The notes under the pieces are model-generated. The model saw only the letters and a list, made by a program, of their open reading frames with translations, searched no databases and was not told the DNA's origin. This document shows, piece by piece, positions 1-9,143 of a stretch of 64,000 nucleotides of DNA (position 1 is the stretch's first letter; every line of letters begins with the position of its first letter). Origin of the DNA: Desulfobacterales bacterium. Its GTDB lineage: Bacteria > Desulfobacterota > Desulfobacteria > Desulfobacterales > UBA5852. The stretch spans positions 2,208,001-2,272,000 of the forward strand of contig CAXXVS010000002.1 in the NCBI GenBank assembly GCA_963674755.2, given 5' to 3'. The position numbers and the translations under genes were made by a program.

Positions 1-917
1 GCCTTGAGATCCTCGTAGCGTCCGTTGGTGCATGAGCCGATAAACGCGGAATCGATCTTCGTACCTGCCAAAGCCTTGACCTCTACGACATCTTCCGGAT
101 GACCGGGACGCGAGACCATAGGCCCAACTCCGTCCACATTTATCTCGATGGTTCTATCGTATGCCGCGTTATCATCGGCCAGCACGGATACTACTTTTTG
201 ACCGCTGACCTTGGATGCGTATGCTACCACTTCCTGACTGGGTGGAAACAGGGCGATAATGCCCGCCATCTCCGTGGCCATGGATGCCATGGTGATCCTT
301 CCGTCCAGGCTGAGCGTTTCCACGACATCCCCGTAAAACTCAGCCGAATAGCCGAGCAATGTGTTGGCGCCAAGCTGCCTGAGCACTGTCAGAACCAGGT
401 CTTTGGACGTGGCCGACGGCGACGGCTTCCCCGTGAGGATAATTCTAGCCGACGGCGGCACCTTGAACCAGACATGACCGTATGCCCAGGCGTGAGCAAC
501 ATCGACATCACCCATACCCTGCCCGAACGCGCCGATGGCACCAACGATGTTGGCGTGGGAGTCGGTGGAAACGAAAGCAGAGCCGGGCACCACCATCCTG
601 GCGTCGATGGCCACATGGGTCCCGATCCCTTTGTCGACATCGAATACCGTTATGTTATGCTCGCGGGCGAAAATGCGGCAAATCTGCTGATTTGTGGCAT
701 ACTTTGGATCCGAACCACCGGGATTGCAGTCAAATGTAAAGTAGGTCTTGCTCGCATCGTCGACGCCGAGCCCGCTGTCCTGAAGATTCTTGACCACGTT
801 GGCGCCACCGAAATCGCGGGCCGCTCTGATGTCGATAGTAATGTCCACGATTTCGCCCGGGCAGACGTCACGCCCGCAATGTGCGCCGAGGATTTTCTCG
901 ATTATTGTCTTACCCAT
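1..917 (-). CDS. Aconitase / 3-isopropylmalate dehydratase large-subunit family protein, 5' part (runs off the window edge)
   Basis: Not in the ORF track because it is truncated. Manual translation from ATG 917 gives MGKTIIEKILGAH...STDSHANIVGAIGAFGQGMG...TMASMATEMAG...DSAFIGSCTNGRYEDLK, containing the DSH and GSCTNGR motifs of LeuC/HacA/aconitase. Confidence 0.9.
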   Translation of the reverse strand, partial: MGKTIIEKILGAHCGRDVCPGEIVDITIDIRAARDFGGANVVKNLQDSGLGVDDASKTYFTFDCNPGGSDPKYATNQQICRIFAREHNITVFDVDKGIGTHVAIDARMVVPGSAFVSTDSHANIVGAIGAFGQGMGDVDVAHAWAYGHVWFKVPPSARIILTGKPSPSATSKDLVLTVLRQLGANTLLGYSAEFYGDVVETLSLDGRITMASMATEMAGIIALFPPSQEVVAYASKVSGQKVVSVLADDNAAYDRTIEINVDGVGPMVSRPGHPEDVVEVKALAGTKIDSAFIGSCTNGRYEDLK

Positions 918-932
918 TTTGATTTCTCCGCT

Positions 933-1508
933 TTACTCGATAAGCTTGCCGTTGTTCTTCATGACGATCGGGTTAAAGGCCGCGAAGTCGGCCTGGTGGA
1001 TGAGCACAGTTTCGATGATCTGCGGACTTCCGTCGCCCTCCTTGGCGTGGCAGGCGATCATGTTGAGTGTTTTGTCGTCTATACCGACCCTGGCAGCCAG
1101 GACCGTTCCATAAATCGGGTGCCGCAAACACCTGCCAGCGATGCTTTTGGTGAAACCGCCCTTACCGTCCTTGATCGTCTCCACGAGCTTGCCGACATCG
1201 TGTAGAATGCCTCCCGCGACCAGTCGGTCATAATCGATCTTCAACGGCATTTTCCTGTAGGCTGCCTCCTGGGCCTTTCCCAAGGCATAAGCACCTTCGG
1301 TAACGGCGATGGTGTGCTCAATGATATTCACGCCGTGTGTGTCGGTCAGCGCGGTGAACGGCATGGTCTCAATCTCTTCGATGCTGTTCCAACCGCCCTG
1401 TTCGCAGGCCGCTTGCCATGTGGCGATGACCTTATCACGAAGCTCTTGGCAGCTGATTTTTTCGAGCTGTTTTTCGAATCGTTTCTCAATATCCGTTTTA
1501 CTGATCAT
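933..1508 (-). CDS. HD-domain (HDIG-type) metal-dependent phosphohydrolase
   Basis: Motifs IIEHT, ILHDVGK, RHPIYG, ACH and HQAD; ends 15 bp upstream of the aconitase-like gene. Confidence 0.85.
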   Translation of the reverse strand: MISKTDIEKRFEKQLEKISCQELRDKVIATWQAACEQGGWNSIEEIETMPFTALTDTHGVNIIEHTIAVTEGAYALGKAQEAAYRKMPLKIDYDRLVAGGILHDVGKLVETIKDGKGGFTKSIAGRCLRHPIYGTVLAARVGIDDKTLNMIACHAKEGDGSPQIIETVLIHQADFAAFNPIVMKNNGKLIE

Positions 1509-1631
1509 ATAGCTGATTCCTTCCTAGTTTGGCCGCGATCAAGGCGCGTGAAAAATTGAACCGCAGGCATATAGTTGATATTCCGAAGATTAAATATTTC
1601 GCACAACGGCGATATCGGGCAAATTGGCCAT

Positions 1632-2603
1632 TTATGGATGGGCACGTGTTAGCAGCCTGATCGGCCGACCATCCAACCAGGCCAGTAAATCTTCCACTGC
1701 GTCCTGGTAGTAAACCTGGAAATTTTCCTCGGTCGCATAGCCCAGATGCGGTGTCAGGCTCACGTTATCCAGACTCACAAGGGGTTCGTCTTCACCGGCC
1801 GGTTCCCTGCTGTAAACATCGATACCCGCACCGGCGATGCGCCTGTTTTTAAGCGCCGCCAACAGCGCCTCCTGGTCGACCAGCCCAGCCCTGGCGGTGT
1901 TGATTAAATATGCGCCGGGTCGCATAAGACCCAGCTCCGACGGCCCCACCATGTTTCGGGTGCGCTCGCTGAGCACCATGTGCAGGCTGACAAAATCGGC
2001 CCGGGCAAAAAGCTGCTGTTTGCTTACCGGCTGAACACCGAGATCCAGCGCTTTTTGCCGGTCGAGGTTCTGGCTCCAGGCCAGGACCCGCATGCCAAAG
2101 GCCCGGCCGATGCTGGCCATTTGGCTGCCCAGCTTGCCCAGCCCCACCAAGCCAAGAGTTTTGCCGCTGACGGTGCCAGCCAGGGCCGTCTGCCAGCGCC
2201 CGGCGCGCAGGTCTCGATCGGCACCAACCAATCCCTTGCTGAGGGTCAGGATGTGGGTCCAGGCCAGTTCCACGGTGGACGCCACCGGCCGCTTCGCCGA
2301 TCGCGTACCGCACACCATGATGTCGCGCTGTTCGCAGAATTTCAGGTCGATGGCCAGGTTGCGCATGCCGGTGGTGATGATCAGCCGCAGGCCGCTCAGA
2401 GCGGCCAGCAGCCCGGCCTCGAGCCGGGTACGCTCACGCATGGCCACAATGACCTCGAAACCGGCTAATTGTTGGGCCGCCTGAGTCTGATCGGCAAAGG
2501 GGCGATCAAATAGCCGGACACCAACCGCTGACAGCAACCGGGACCAATCTGCGCAATCCATGGCGTTGTGTAAATAATCATCCAGTATGGCCACTTGGGG
2601 CAC
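1632..2603 (-). CDS. D-isomer-specific 2-hydroxyacid dehydrogenase
   Basis: GLVGLGKLG Rossmann motif, INTARAGLVD, GIDVY..EP and TPHLGY. Likely GTG start at 2603 with AGGAG upstream (the track extends to 2687). Confidence 0.9.
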   Translation of the reverse strand: MPQVAILDDYLHNAMDCADWSRLLSAVGVRLFDRPFADQTQAAQQLAGFEVIVAMRERTRLEAGLLAALSGLRLIITTGMRNLAIDLKFCEQRDIMVCGTRSAKRPVASTVELAWTHILTLSKGLVGADRDLRAGRWQTALAGTVSGKTLGLVGLGKLGSQMASIGRAFGMRVLAWSQNLDRQKALDLGVQPVSKQQLFARADFVSLHMVLSERTRNMVGPSELGLMRPGAYLINTARAGLVDQEALLAALKNRRIAGAGIDVYSREPAGEDEPLVSLDNVSLTPHLGYATEENFQVYYQDAVEDLLAWLDGRPIRLLTRAHP

Positions 2604-2774
2604 TGTAAAACTCCTAGTTGAATAATTCCCGAGAAAGACGCATTCGCGCGCTCTAGGCGGCAACTTCACTTCTGGCAGATTGTCCAATAATGGTCTGGGG
2701 AATGAGAACCGCGAACAACATCGACGTGCATTTCTTGATAGACTCCCTCCTTCATGGTTGTGGTATCCAGTGCA

Positions 2775-4133
2775 TTACGAATCCATTTGATTTTTCCATA
2801 GCCTGACAAGCTCCGTTGCATCGTGGCTGTCCACAGTCCTCGAGACACAGGCCATGATTTTCTCCATATGCGCTGGCGAGTAAATCTTCTTGCATGAATT
2901 GATAAATTTGCCTTTCACCTCTTCTGGATCGCCTGACATCCCTGATAGCCGGTCAATGGTCTGCGTGTGGATTCTTCCATCGCGCATGTTTATGATGATC
3001 TCGGCGCCGCGAATATCCGGATAGACTGCATTCCAATGGTCGGTGGAATAGGCCTTGACCTTTCTGGCGGTTGCTCGGATATCACTGCGGTCAATGGCCT
3101 TGTTGGTGAAGTCGTCCAGCCCCACGAAACCCGTATGCAGCGCCACGGCCAAGAGATAGTTCATGCTGAATCGGGCTTCCTGGGGGCTGTTGGGGTTTTG
3201 ATTTGAGGCGGTGGCGTCGATGGCGATATCAAAGGTGTTGACGATGATTTCGTTTATGTCTTCCAGATTCGATATGGATTTTCTTAGATGAAAGGATGCT
3301 TCGATAGCGGCGTGGGTATACCGGCAACAGGGGAACAGCTTGGTGTAGGTGTCATTGATCAAGGGTTTTGCGCCTAAATCGGCAAGACAATCGTTTACGA
3401 TTTGCTGGATCGGCAGATCGGACAAAATTTGGAACAAGCCCTTATCGCCTTCGAATATTTGCAGGGGCGCTTCCAGGTTTTGTTTTGCCAGTAGTGCGGC
3501 CGAGATCCCTCTCTCCGCCGCATAACCGACTTGCACCGGTTTGGCCATTTGTCCTTCGATCAGGGGCTGGCGGTATCCCGAGACGGCCAGGCCGGCCAGA
3601 CCCATGGCATAGGCCAACTGTCTTTCGGTCAAGCCGATCAGCTTGCCGGCCGTTACGGCGGCCCCGATCACTCCGCAGGTGCAGCTGCCATGAAATCCCT
3701 TTTGGATATGGGATTTCCCCAGGGCTTTTCCCAGCCGGTATTCCACATCATACCCGGCGATGATCGCTTCAAAGAATAAACTACCGTTGACGTTGTATTT
3801 GGGAGCTATGGCAAAAGCGGTTCCGATGACCGGCCCGGCGGCATGAATCCCTGCCCAGAGATGTCCATCGTCAAAATCGAGACAATGGGCAAGCGCTCCA
3901 TTCAAAAATCCCGCGATATTTTGGGAATACGCCTTGTCGCCGGCGCTACCACCAGACGATAGGGCATTGGCATAGTTGATCAGCCGCTGCGGAATATCGG
4001 AGTAATGAGTCGCCGCGGCAGATACGGTGATATAGTCTAAAATGCGCGACTTGACCGTTTCAACGGTATCCTGGTCGATTTCCGATAGTTTCAGATTGAA
4101 GACATAGTGGGACAGCGTTTCCGATAAAGTCAT
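2775..4133 (-). CDS. MmgE/PrpD family protein (2-methylcitrate dehydratase-like)
   Basis: AFLNGALAHCLDFDDGH, GIH, GFHGS, KLFPCCRYTH and ARFS motifs; ATG 4133 preceded by GAGGAAGG. Confidence 0.9.
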   Translation of the reverse strand: MTLSETLSHYVFNLKLSEIDQDTVETVKSRILDYITVSAAATHYSDIPQRLINYANALSSGGSAGDKAYSQNIAGFLNGALAHCLDFDDGHLWAGIHAAGPVIGTAFAIAPKYNVNGSLFFEAIIAGYDVEYRLGKALGKSHIQKGFHGSCTCGVIGAAVTAGKLIGLTERQLAYAMGLAGLAVSGYRQPLIEGQMAKPVQVGYAAERGISAALLAKQNLEAPLQIFEGDKGLFQILSDLPIQQIVNDCLADLGAKPLINDTYTKLFPCCRYTHAAIEASFHLRKSISNLEDINEIIVNTFDIAIDATASNQNPNSPQEARFSMNYLLAVALHTGFVGLDDFTNKAIDRSDIRATARKVKAYSTDHWNAVYPDIRGAEIIINMRDGRIHTQTIDRLSGMSGDPEEVKGKFINSCKKIYSPAHMEKIMACVSRTVDSHDATELVRLWKNQMDS

Positions 4134-4278
4134 GGCAGGACCTTCCTCAAGCATTGGGGGCAAGCTATAATGTTAAGACAATGTTCTTGGCTAGACCAGA
4201 GGGAGGAAGCTGTATAACCAATTCCGCTTTCGACCGATAACGCAGCCCCAAAACATTATCTTGAATACGGTTTATCAA

Positions 4279-4295
4279 ATCAATTATCGTGCCAA
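4279..4295 (-). promoter_or_regulatory. Putative sigma54 (-24/-12) promoter for the MmgE/PrpD operon
   Basis: Minus strand reads TTGGCACGATAATTGAT: consensus -24 box, GG-N10-GA instead of GG-N10-GC. Confidence 0.5.
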
Positions 4296-4450
4296 CTCGC
4301 TGGCCGATCTTACTTGGTAGATTTTTTCAACGACTGATATTTTAAATGAACAACGTTAAGTGTTAACAATTTGAAAAATACTTATAATTTTGCGTTTACG
4401 GGATGGAATGCTGTAGACATCGAGAATCGGCAAACGCCCCTTTTTTATCT

Positions 4451-4482
4451 TGAAACAAGTGTCTGTTTCAGTTGTGTTTCAA
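4451..4482. promoter_or_regulatory. Candidate enhancer (UAS) for a PrpR-type activator
   Basis: Inverted repeat TGAAACA-N6-TGTTTCA plus a third TGTTTCA half-site, about 160 bp upstream of the sigma54-like box. Similar half-sites occur at 18350-18379. Confidence 0.35.
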
Positions 4483-4565
4483 TTGGTGAAAAAAAACGCA
4501 ACATAATGGCTACGCCTTGAAAACGTCTGGGTACTGAAATTATACTTACTGGTCGCGATCTTATC

Positions 4566-4973
4566 ATGTTTAGCCATGATCCCGATGAGGTGCGGTTGAG
4601 TGATTTTCAGTTCAGGATCAACGAGTGGTTTCTATGCGAATACGATTTCACCGACCAATGGCGGCATCAGATTCGGATCGAAAATATCATGGAATATGAT
4701 CCTCCCAAGGATTATCCTCTGTGTATCGGCGGCCGTCGGTCGTGTCCGCCCGAGGACTGCGGCGGTCCATGGCGGTTCATGGCTCTGCGACAGCACTACT
4801 CTCTGATTCAAATAATGGACCGGTTACTCGAGATCATCGAGGCCGAAGATCCTGAAGACAATGTGGAGGAACTATATACACTGCGCTACTGGTTAAACGT
4901 GGACCGCTTTGATCGAAAAGCTGTGAACAAGAAGCTTCATGATCACGCCCGCGGGGAAAACGTGTTCATGTAG
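4566..4973 (+). pseudogene. 5'-truncated plasmid pRiA4b ORF3-family passenger gene
   Basis: EYDFTDQWRHQI, YPLCIGGRRSCPPEDCGG and DRFD motifs; the N-terminal part of the family is missing; lies directly upstream of the transposase. Confidence 0.75.
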
Positions 4974-4993
4974 GCATAACCGGGAGGTGCGCG

Positions 4994-6388
4994 ATGAAAA
5001 TCAGGGTGCATGTCCTTATCGAATCAGAGACAGGGAATACCGATGCGGCTGAAAACATAGTTTGCCTGGAACGAGAGGATCTACGACTCGAAAACTTGGG
5101 TCTGGCCCTTGCCGAAGCCAAATCGATCCTCGCTGGTGTTCAGCAATCCATGGTTGACCGGCAAATCGAGGAATATATAGATCAAGAAGCCTGCTGCTCT
5201 CTGTGGGAAGGCACTGCGCCACAAAGCGCACCAGCCCATTACGTATCGTACGCTGTTTGGTAAATTGCGATTGCGCAGCATGCGCTTCTATCATTGTGAG
5301 TGCCAACCACAAACGACGAAGACTTTCAGCCCATTAACACACTTGCCCCCGGAGCACACGGCTCCAGAGTTGCTCTATCTGGAATCAAAGTTTGCATCCT
5401 TGATGTCCTATGGGTTGTCGATGCAGATGTTAAAGGAGGTACTGCCAATCGGGCAAGCGATCAATGCGGCTAGCATCAGAAATCATGTACAGTCCGTTGC
5501 CCGGTGAATCGGTGCTGAACTTGGAGACGAACAGATGTTTCTTATCGATGGTTGTGAATGGGATTGGGAAGACCTACCCCAGTCGGATATGCCGCTAACG
5601 GTAGGCCTTGACGGTGGGTATGTCCTCTCATGCGCTAAGAAAATCCGCAAACATGGATGTTTTGAGGTCATTGCGGGCACAAGCGTCGCCAATGATGGCG
5701 CTTGCAAGCGGTTCGCCTTCGTCCACAACTACGACGAAAAACCCAAACGGCGGGTGTTTGAAGTGCTCAGATCCCAAGGCATGCAGATGAATCAGCTGGT
5801 CACCTTCCTGTCCGATGGCGCCGATACCGTAAGAGATCTGCAGTTATACCTGAACCCCAACGCGGAGTACATCATAGACTGGTTCCACATCACAATGCGA
5901 ATCACCGTAATGTGTCAGATGGCAAAGGACTGGGTCCACCGGGGTCTAAACTCAGAGAATCGATACTGAAGGAATTGGAGCGGGTCAAGTGGTATCTATA
6001 GGATGGGAACGCGTTTATGGCGATAGAAACCGTGAGCTGGCTTCCTGATGATATTTTTGTTGAGGATCACACTGAGAACCACAAAAAACTGATCCGGAAG
6101 CTGGAAGAGTTCGAGACCTATATTCGTAACAACGCAGCATTCATCCCCAATTACGGCGAGCGCTATCGGTATGGAGAGACCATCTCCACCGCTTTTGCCG
6201 AATCGACCATCAACCAGGTCGTGAGCAAGCGGATGGTTAAGAAACAACAGATGCTCTGGAGTCAGAAAGGCGCCCACCTCCTGCTGCAGGTCCGTATCCG
6301 GGTCCTAAATGGTGAGCTTCGGGACGAGTTCCGGAAATGGTACCCAAGGTTTGATCGAAGCGGTGAGGTGCTGCCGTTGGCAGCGTAG
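4994..6388 (+). pseudogene. ISKra4-family transposase, fragmented
   Basis: Pieces 4994-5263, 5265-5507, 5535-5969 and 6017-6388 join into one transposase (LGLALAEAK, RTLFGK, VGLDGGYV, FLSDG, DWFHITMR, NYGERYR.GETISTAFAESTINQVVSKRMVKKQQM.W). It has frameshifts and an in-frame TGA at 5505. Confidence 0.9.
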
Positions 6389-6411
6389 CTCCCCCGGTTT
6401 TTTCCGGTTTC

Positions 6412-6624
6412 CAATATCCGCTAACTTCAAAACATTATCGAAAAGGTGGGCATCCTATCGGAGGGAGAATCTAAGCCACTGTTTTCGATGACATTTATCA
6501 AGAGTTGAAGTGCTATTCGGTTTGCGAAGGCCAGGAAGATGATAAGCCGATTCCCATGACGCCTGAAACAGTCGTCAACAAAATAATTGAAGATGAAGCA
6601 AAAGTTATTTTAGATGCAATTGGA
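6412..6624 (+). pseudogene. 3' remnant of a second PrpR-like sigma54 activator gene
   Basis: Aligns by eye to 20005-20217 (e.g. the shared run CTATTCGGTTTGCGAAGGCCAGGAAGATGATAA; YSVCEGQEDDK in both). Confidence 0.9.
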
Positions 6625-6717
6625 TGTGCAAACAACGCCTCGATTGATCTTATTATTTGTTTTTGTCACAGGCTTCCTTTGGGTTCGGTAATTTTGCGCA
6701 AATTTTTCAGCAACAAA

Positions 6718-6744
6718 AACTCCCCCATTGTCAGTGGGGGAGTT
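6718..6744. terminator. Intrinsic terminator-like hairpin downstream of the lactonase gene
   Basis: AACTCCCCCA-N7-TGGGGGAGTT, followed by T residues on the minus strand. Confidence 0.6.
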
Positions 6745-6799
6745 AAAAATTATCATATTTTTTGGGTTATGCTGAGGATATTAGCATTCTATACTCATT

Positions 6800-7846
6800 T
6801 TATTCTTGATAGAAACCGCGATGCAAGGTCTTGATTCGCAATAATTTCCATGGCATCCCCAAACCGGTTGTAATGTACAGCGAGTTTGCGTCGTCACCAC
6901 GCCCAAAGCCCACATTACTTGGCCTGGTTCCCTCTGGCGGGATTAGCTTTGCTATCACTTTTTCCTTGATGGGATTCAGGACAATGATTTCACCTGGTAC
7001 TGGGGGCGTTTTACCATTGTGTATCGCGAGGTAGAGATTGCCATCAGTATCCATGGCCATCCCGTCGACATTGTAATGTTCGTGCTTGAAAATAGCATGG
7101 CCATTAGAAATCTTTCCATTTTCATCAAGGTCGTAAGCAACGACCCCTCCATGCTCGATATTGAACTTATCCTTTAGAGGGCCCAGAGGATTGGCAAGCA
7201 GCCGTTTTTCATTAGCAGCTGCCACGTAAAGATGTTTACCATCAGGTGAGACTTCTATGCCGTTGGGACGGAAGATATCGGTTGAAATTTGCGTAACCGT
7301 ACCGTCTGTATCAATCCGGTAGACCGCATTAGGCAGTTCCCAGGGTAGCGTTTTGCCTCCATAGCGTGCATCGGTAAAATAGATCCTACCCTTCGCATCA
7401 CTGGTGACATCATTTGGTGCTACATAGTGTTTGCCTTTATATTTGTCTGTGATAACTTCTGTTTCCCCGGTTGTTAAATTGTGTCGACGGATTCCCTGCG
7501 GGCCGCCACGAGTATCTGATGAAGCAATAATGAGATCATTGTTTTTATCAATATGTAACCCTAAAGCTGAACCGGACGGCTTCATATACTCAGAGGTTTT
7601 CCCAGTGACAGGATCGAAACAGTAGATCACTCCATTTTTTATCGATTCGTTAAGCCAGGTTACACCAAGGGTGTAGATCTTACCGTCTTTTGCAGCGACA
7701 ACGCCTTCATTAAATCCTATGCCATCTCTGGAGACGATTTCTAGCTGAGCACCGTCAGCAAAAATACGAGTTTCTTGATTGGCCAGCGAACTAGACACCG
7801 ACAGAAAGAGGATAGCCAACAGTAGTCCCATGATTTTTCTTTTCAT
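6800..7846 (-). CDS. Exported SMP-30/gluconolactonase/LRE family beta-propeller
   Basis: Signal peptide; metal-site motifs NEG, PNDV...GRIYFTD, PNGI..SPDG..LYV, DGM.MD.DGNLY and SNVGFG. Confidence 0.9.
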   Translation of the reverse strand: MKRKIMGLLLAILFLSVSSSLANQETRIFADGAQLEIVSRDGIGFNEGVVAAKDGKIYTLGVTWLNESIKNGVIYCFDPVTGKTSEYMKPSGSALGLHIDKNNDLIIASSDTRGGPQGIRRHNLTTGETEVITDKYKGKHYVAPNDVTSDAKGRIYFTDARYGGKTLPWELPNAVYRIDTDGTVTQISTDIFRPNGIEVSPDGKHLYVAAANEKRLLANPLGPLKDKFNIEHGGVVAYDLDENGKISNGHAIFKHEHYNVDGMAMDTDGNLYLAIHNGKTPPVPGEIIVLNPIKEKVIAKLIPPEGTRPSNVGFGRGDDANSLYITTGLGMPWKLLRIKTLHRGFYQE

Positions 7847-8121
7847 TGTAATTATTCTCCTTTTTTGATTATTGAAAATAAAAGATAAACAATGATATTA
7901 TACTATGCCTTGATCCTATCAATGAATAGGAGCTTACCTTTCAGAGAACTATCATAACCGATAAGACAATTTTCCGTTTTATGGTCATGTAGATCCCATA
8001 ACATCTCCGCCGATTATCATCTCAGACCCGTATTTTCGACATCTTCCCTTCTGCCCTTATAGAACTCAATTTACGTGTCAACTTGCAGACAGAACTGAGA
8101 ATGACGAGCGTCGTTAAGGAT

Positions 8122-8524
8122 TCAAAATCGGAATAACATATCAATCGTCTCGGTTTTCTCAAGGCTCTTGAGAAGATTGAATCTTTCATCTTTGGTTTTT
8201 TCACAGGGCGTTCCGGCAACCATATTGTCGAATTTCGATTTCGGCATATCCAAGCCAAGTGGCGTCTCCACACCCGCCATCACCGGAATGTCGACTGCCT
8301 GGATAACATTCCAGGTCGCGGACATGCATGATATCCTGCATTTGCATGATCCCCACATCGGGCTTGCCAAGCCAGGATCCAGCCAAGCCGAAGCCACTGA
8401 TCTGAACGGCCTCGAATCTAGCCGCTTCGATGATCATGGCGCTGAGCGCATCATGGCAACCCGGAACCACCAAGGCGCTTTTTTCGTTTATCTTCGATCG
8501 CAATATTTTGCTCTTGCTGGCCAT
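8122..8524 (-). pseudogene. Isocitrate lyase/PEP mutase family (PrpB-like) pseudogene
   Basis: LVVPGCHDALSAMIIEAARFEAVQISGFGLAGSWLGKPDVG, then a frameshift into WNVIQAVDIPVMA. Similarity is lost before the catalytic K(K/R)CGH loop. Confidence 0.8.
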
Positions 8525-8598
8525 GTGCTGCTCTTCATTCGACAATTTTTACGATCAGATAAGGTAGGGGTGATCGGCCGCTTACCCCTACGGCAGGG

Positions 8599-9138
8599 TC
8601 AGGCGTTTCTTCCCAATTCCAGCCCCAGTTCCAGGGCCTTCTGGTTCATGTCGATAAACCCGGACGGAATGCGTTCTTTGAGGACGGCCATGATGGATGC
8701 CGGCTGCACCAGCTCGGTCAGGGCCACCACCGCCCCCAGCATGCAGATGTTGAACACAATCGGTTTGCCGATCTCGTCCAACACCGTCTGGTACATGGGC
8801 AGTTCCACCTGCCAGGCGTCCACCTTGCGCTCCTGCTTGACGAAACGGCTGTCCGTCAAGAGCAGCCCCCCCGGTCGAATGATCGGGGCATACGACGTGT
8901 AGGCCTCCTGCGTCAGGCACACCAGCATGTTGGGCTGAACCACCTTGGGGAAGTTGATCTCTTCTTCAGATATAATGATGTCGGAACGGGTCGCCCCCCC
9001 CCGGGCCGCCGCGCCGTAGGCCTGGGACTGGGTGGCATTGAGCCCTTCGTAAATAACGGCCGCTTCGGCGAATATGATGGCTGCGGTTATGACACCCTGG
9101 CCGCCGGAACCGGTAAAGACCATCCGCATTCTTTCCAT
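8599..9138 (-). CDS. korC: 2-oxoacid:ferredoxin oxidoreductase gamma subunit
   Basis: GSGGQGVI, QAYGAAARGG and NICMLGA motifs. Confidence 0.9.
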   Translation of the reverse strand: MERMRMVFTGSGGQGVITAAIIFAEAAVIYEGLNATQSQAYGAAARGGATRSDIIISEEEINFPKVVQPNMLVCLTQEAYTSYAPIIRPGGLLLTDSRFVKQERKVDAWQVELPMYQTVLDEIGKPIVFNICMLGAVVALTELVQPASIMAVLKERIPSGFIDMNQKALELGLELGRNA

Positions 9139-9143
9139 GGAAA

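Larger units (their letters stand above)
4540..6412 (+). mobile_element. Degenerate ISKra4-family insertion sequence (left end lost, left coordinate approximate)
   Basis: Passenger ORF3 plus transposase. Probable right end ...CCCCCGGTTTTTTCCGGTTTCC at 6412, where unrelated prpR-like sequence begins abruptly. Confidence 0.7.

Noticed and set aside
99..1205. 368-aa plus-strand ORF
   Set aside because: Antisense shadow of the aconitase-family and HD genes, which carry clear motifs on the minus strand.
5505..5507. In-frame TGA in the transposase as possible selenocysteine
   Set aside because: The gene also has several frameshifts, the context (VAR*IG) fits a CGA-to-TGA nonsense change, and no convincing hairpin follows.
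6505..6834. 109-aa ORF as a real gene
   Set aside because: Its first ~40 codons are the prpR remnant; the rest runs through a terminator into the lactonase stop.
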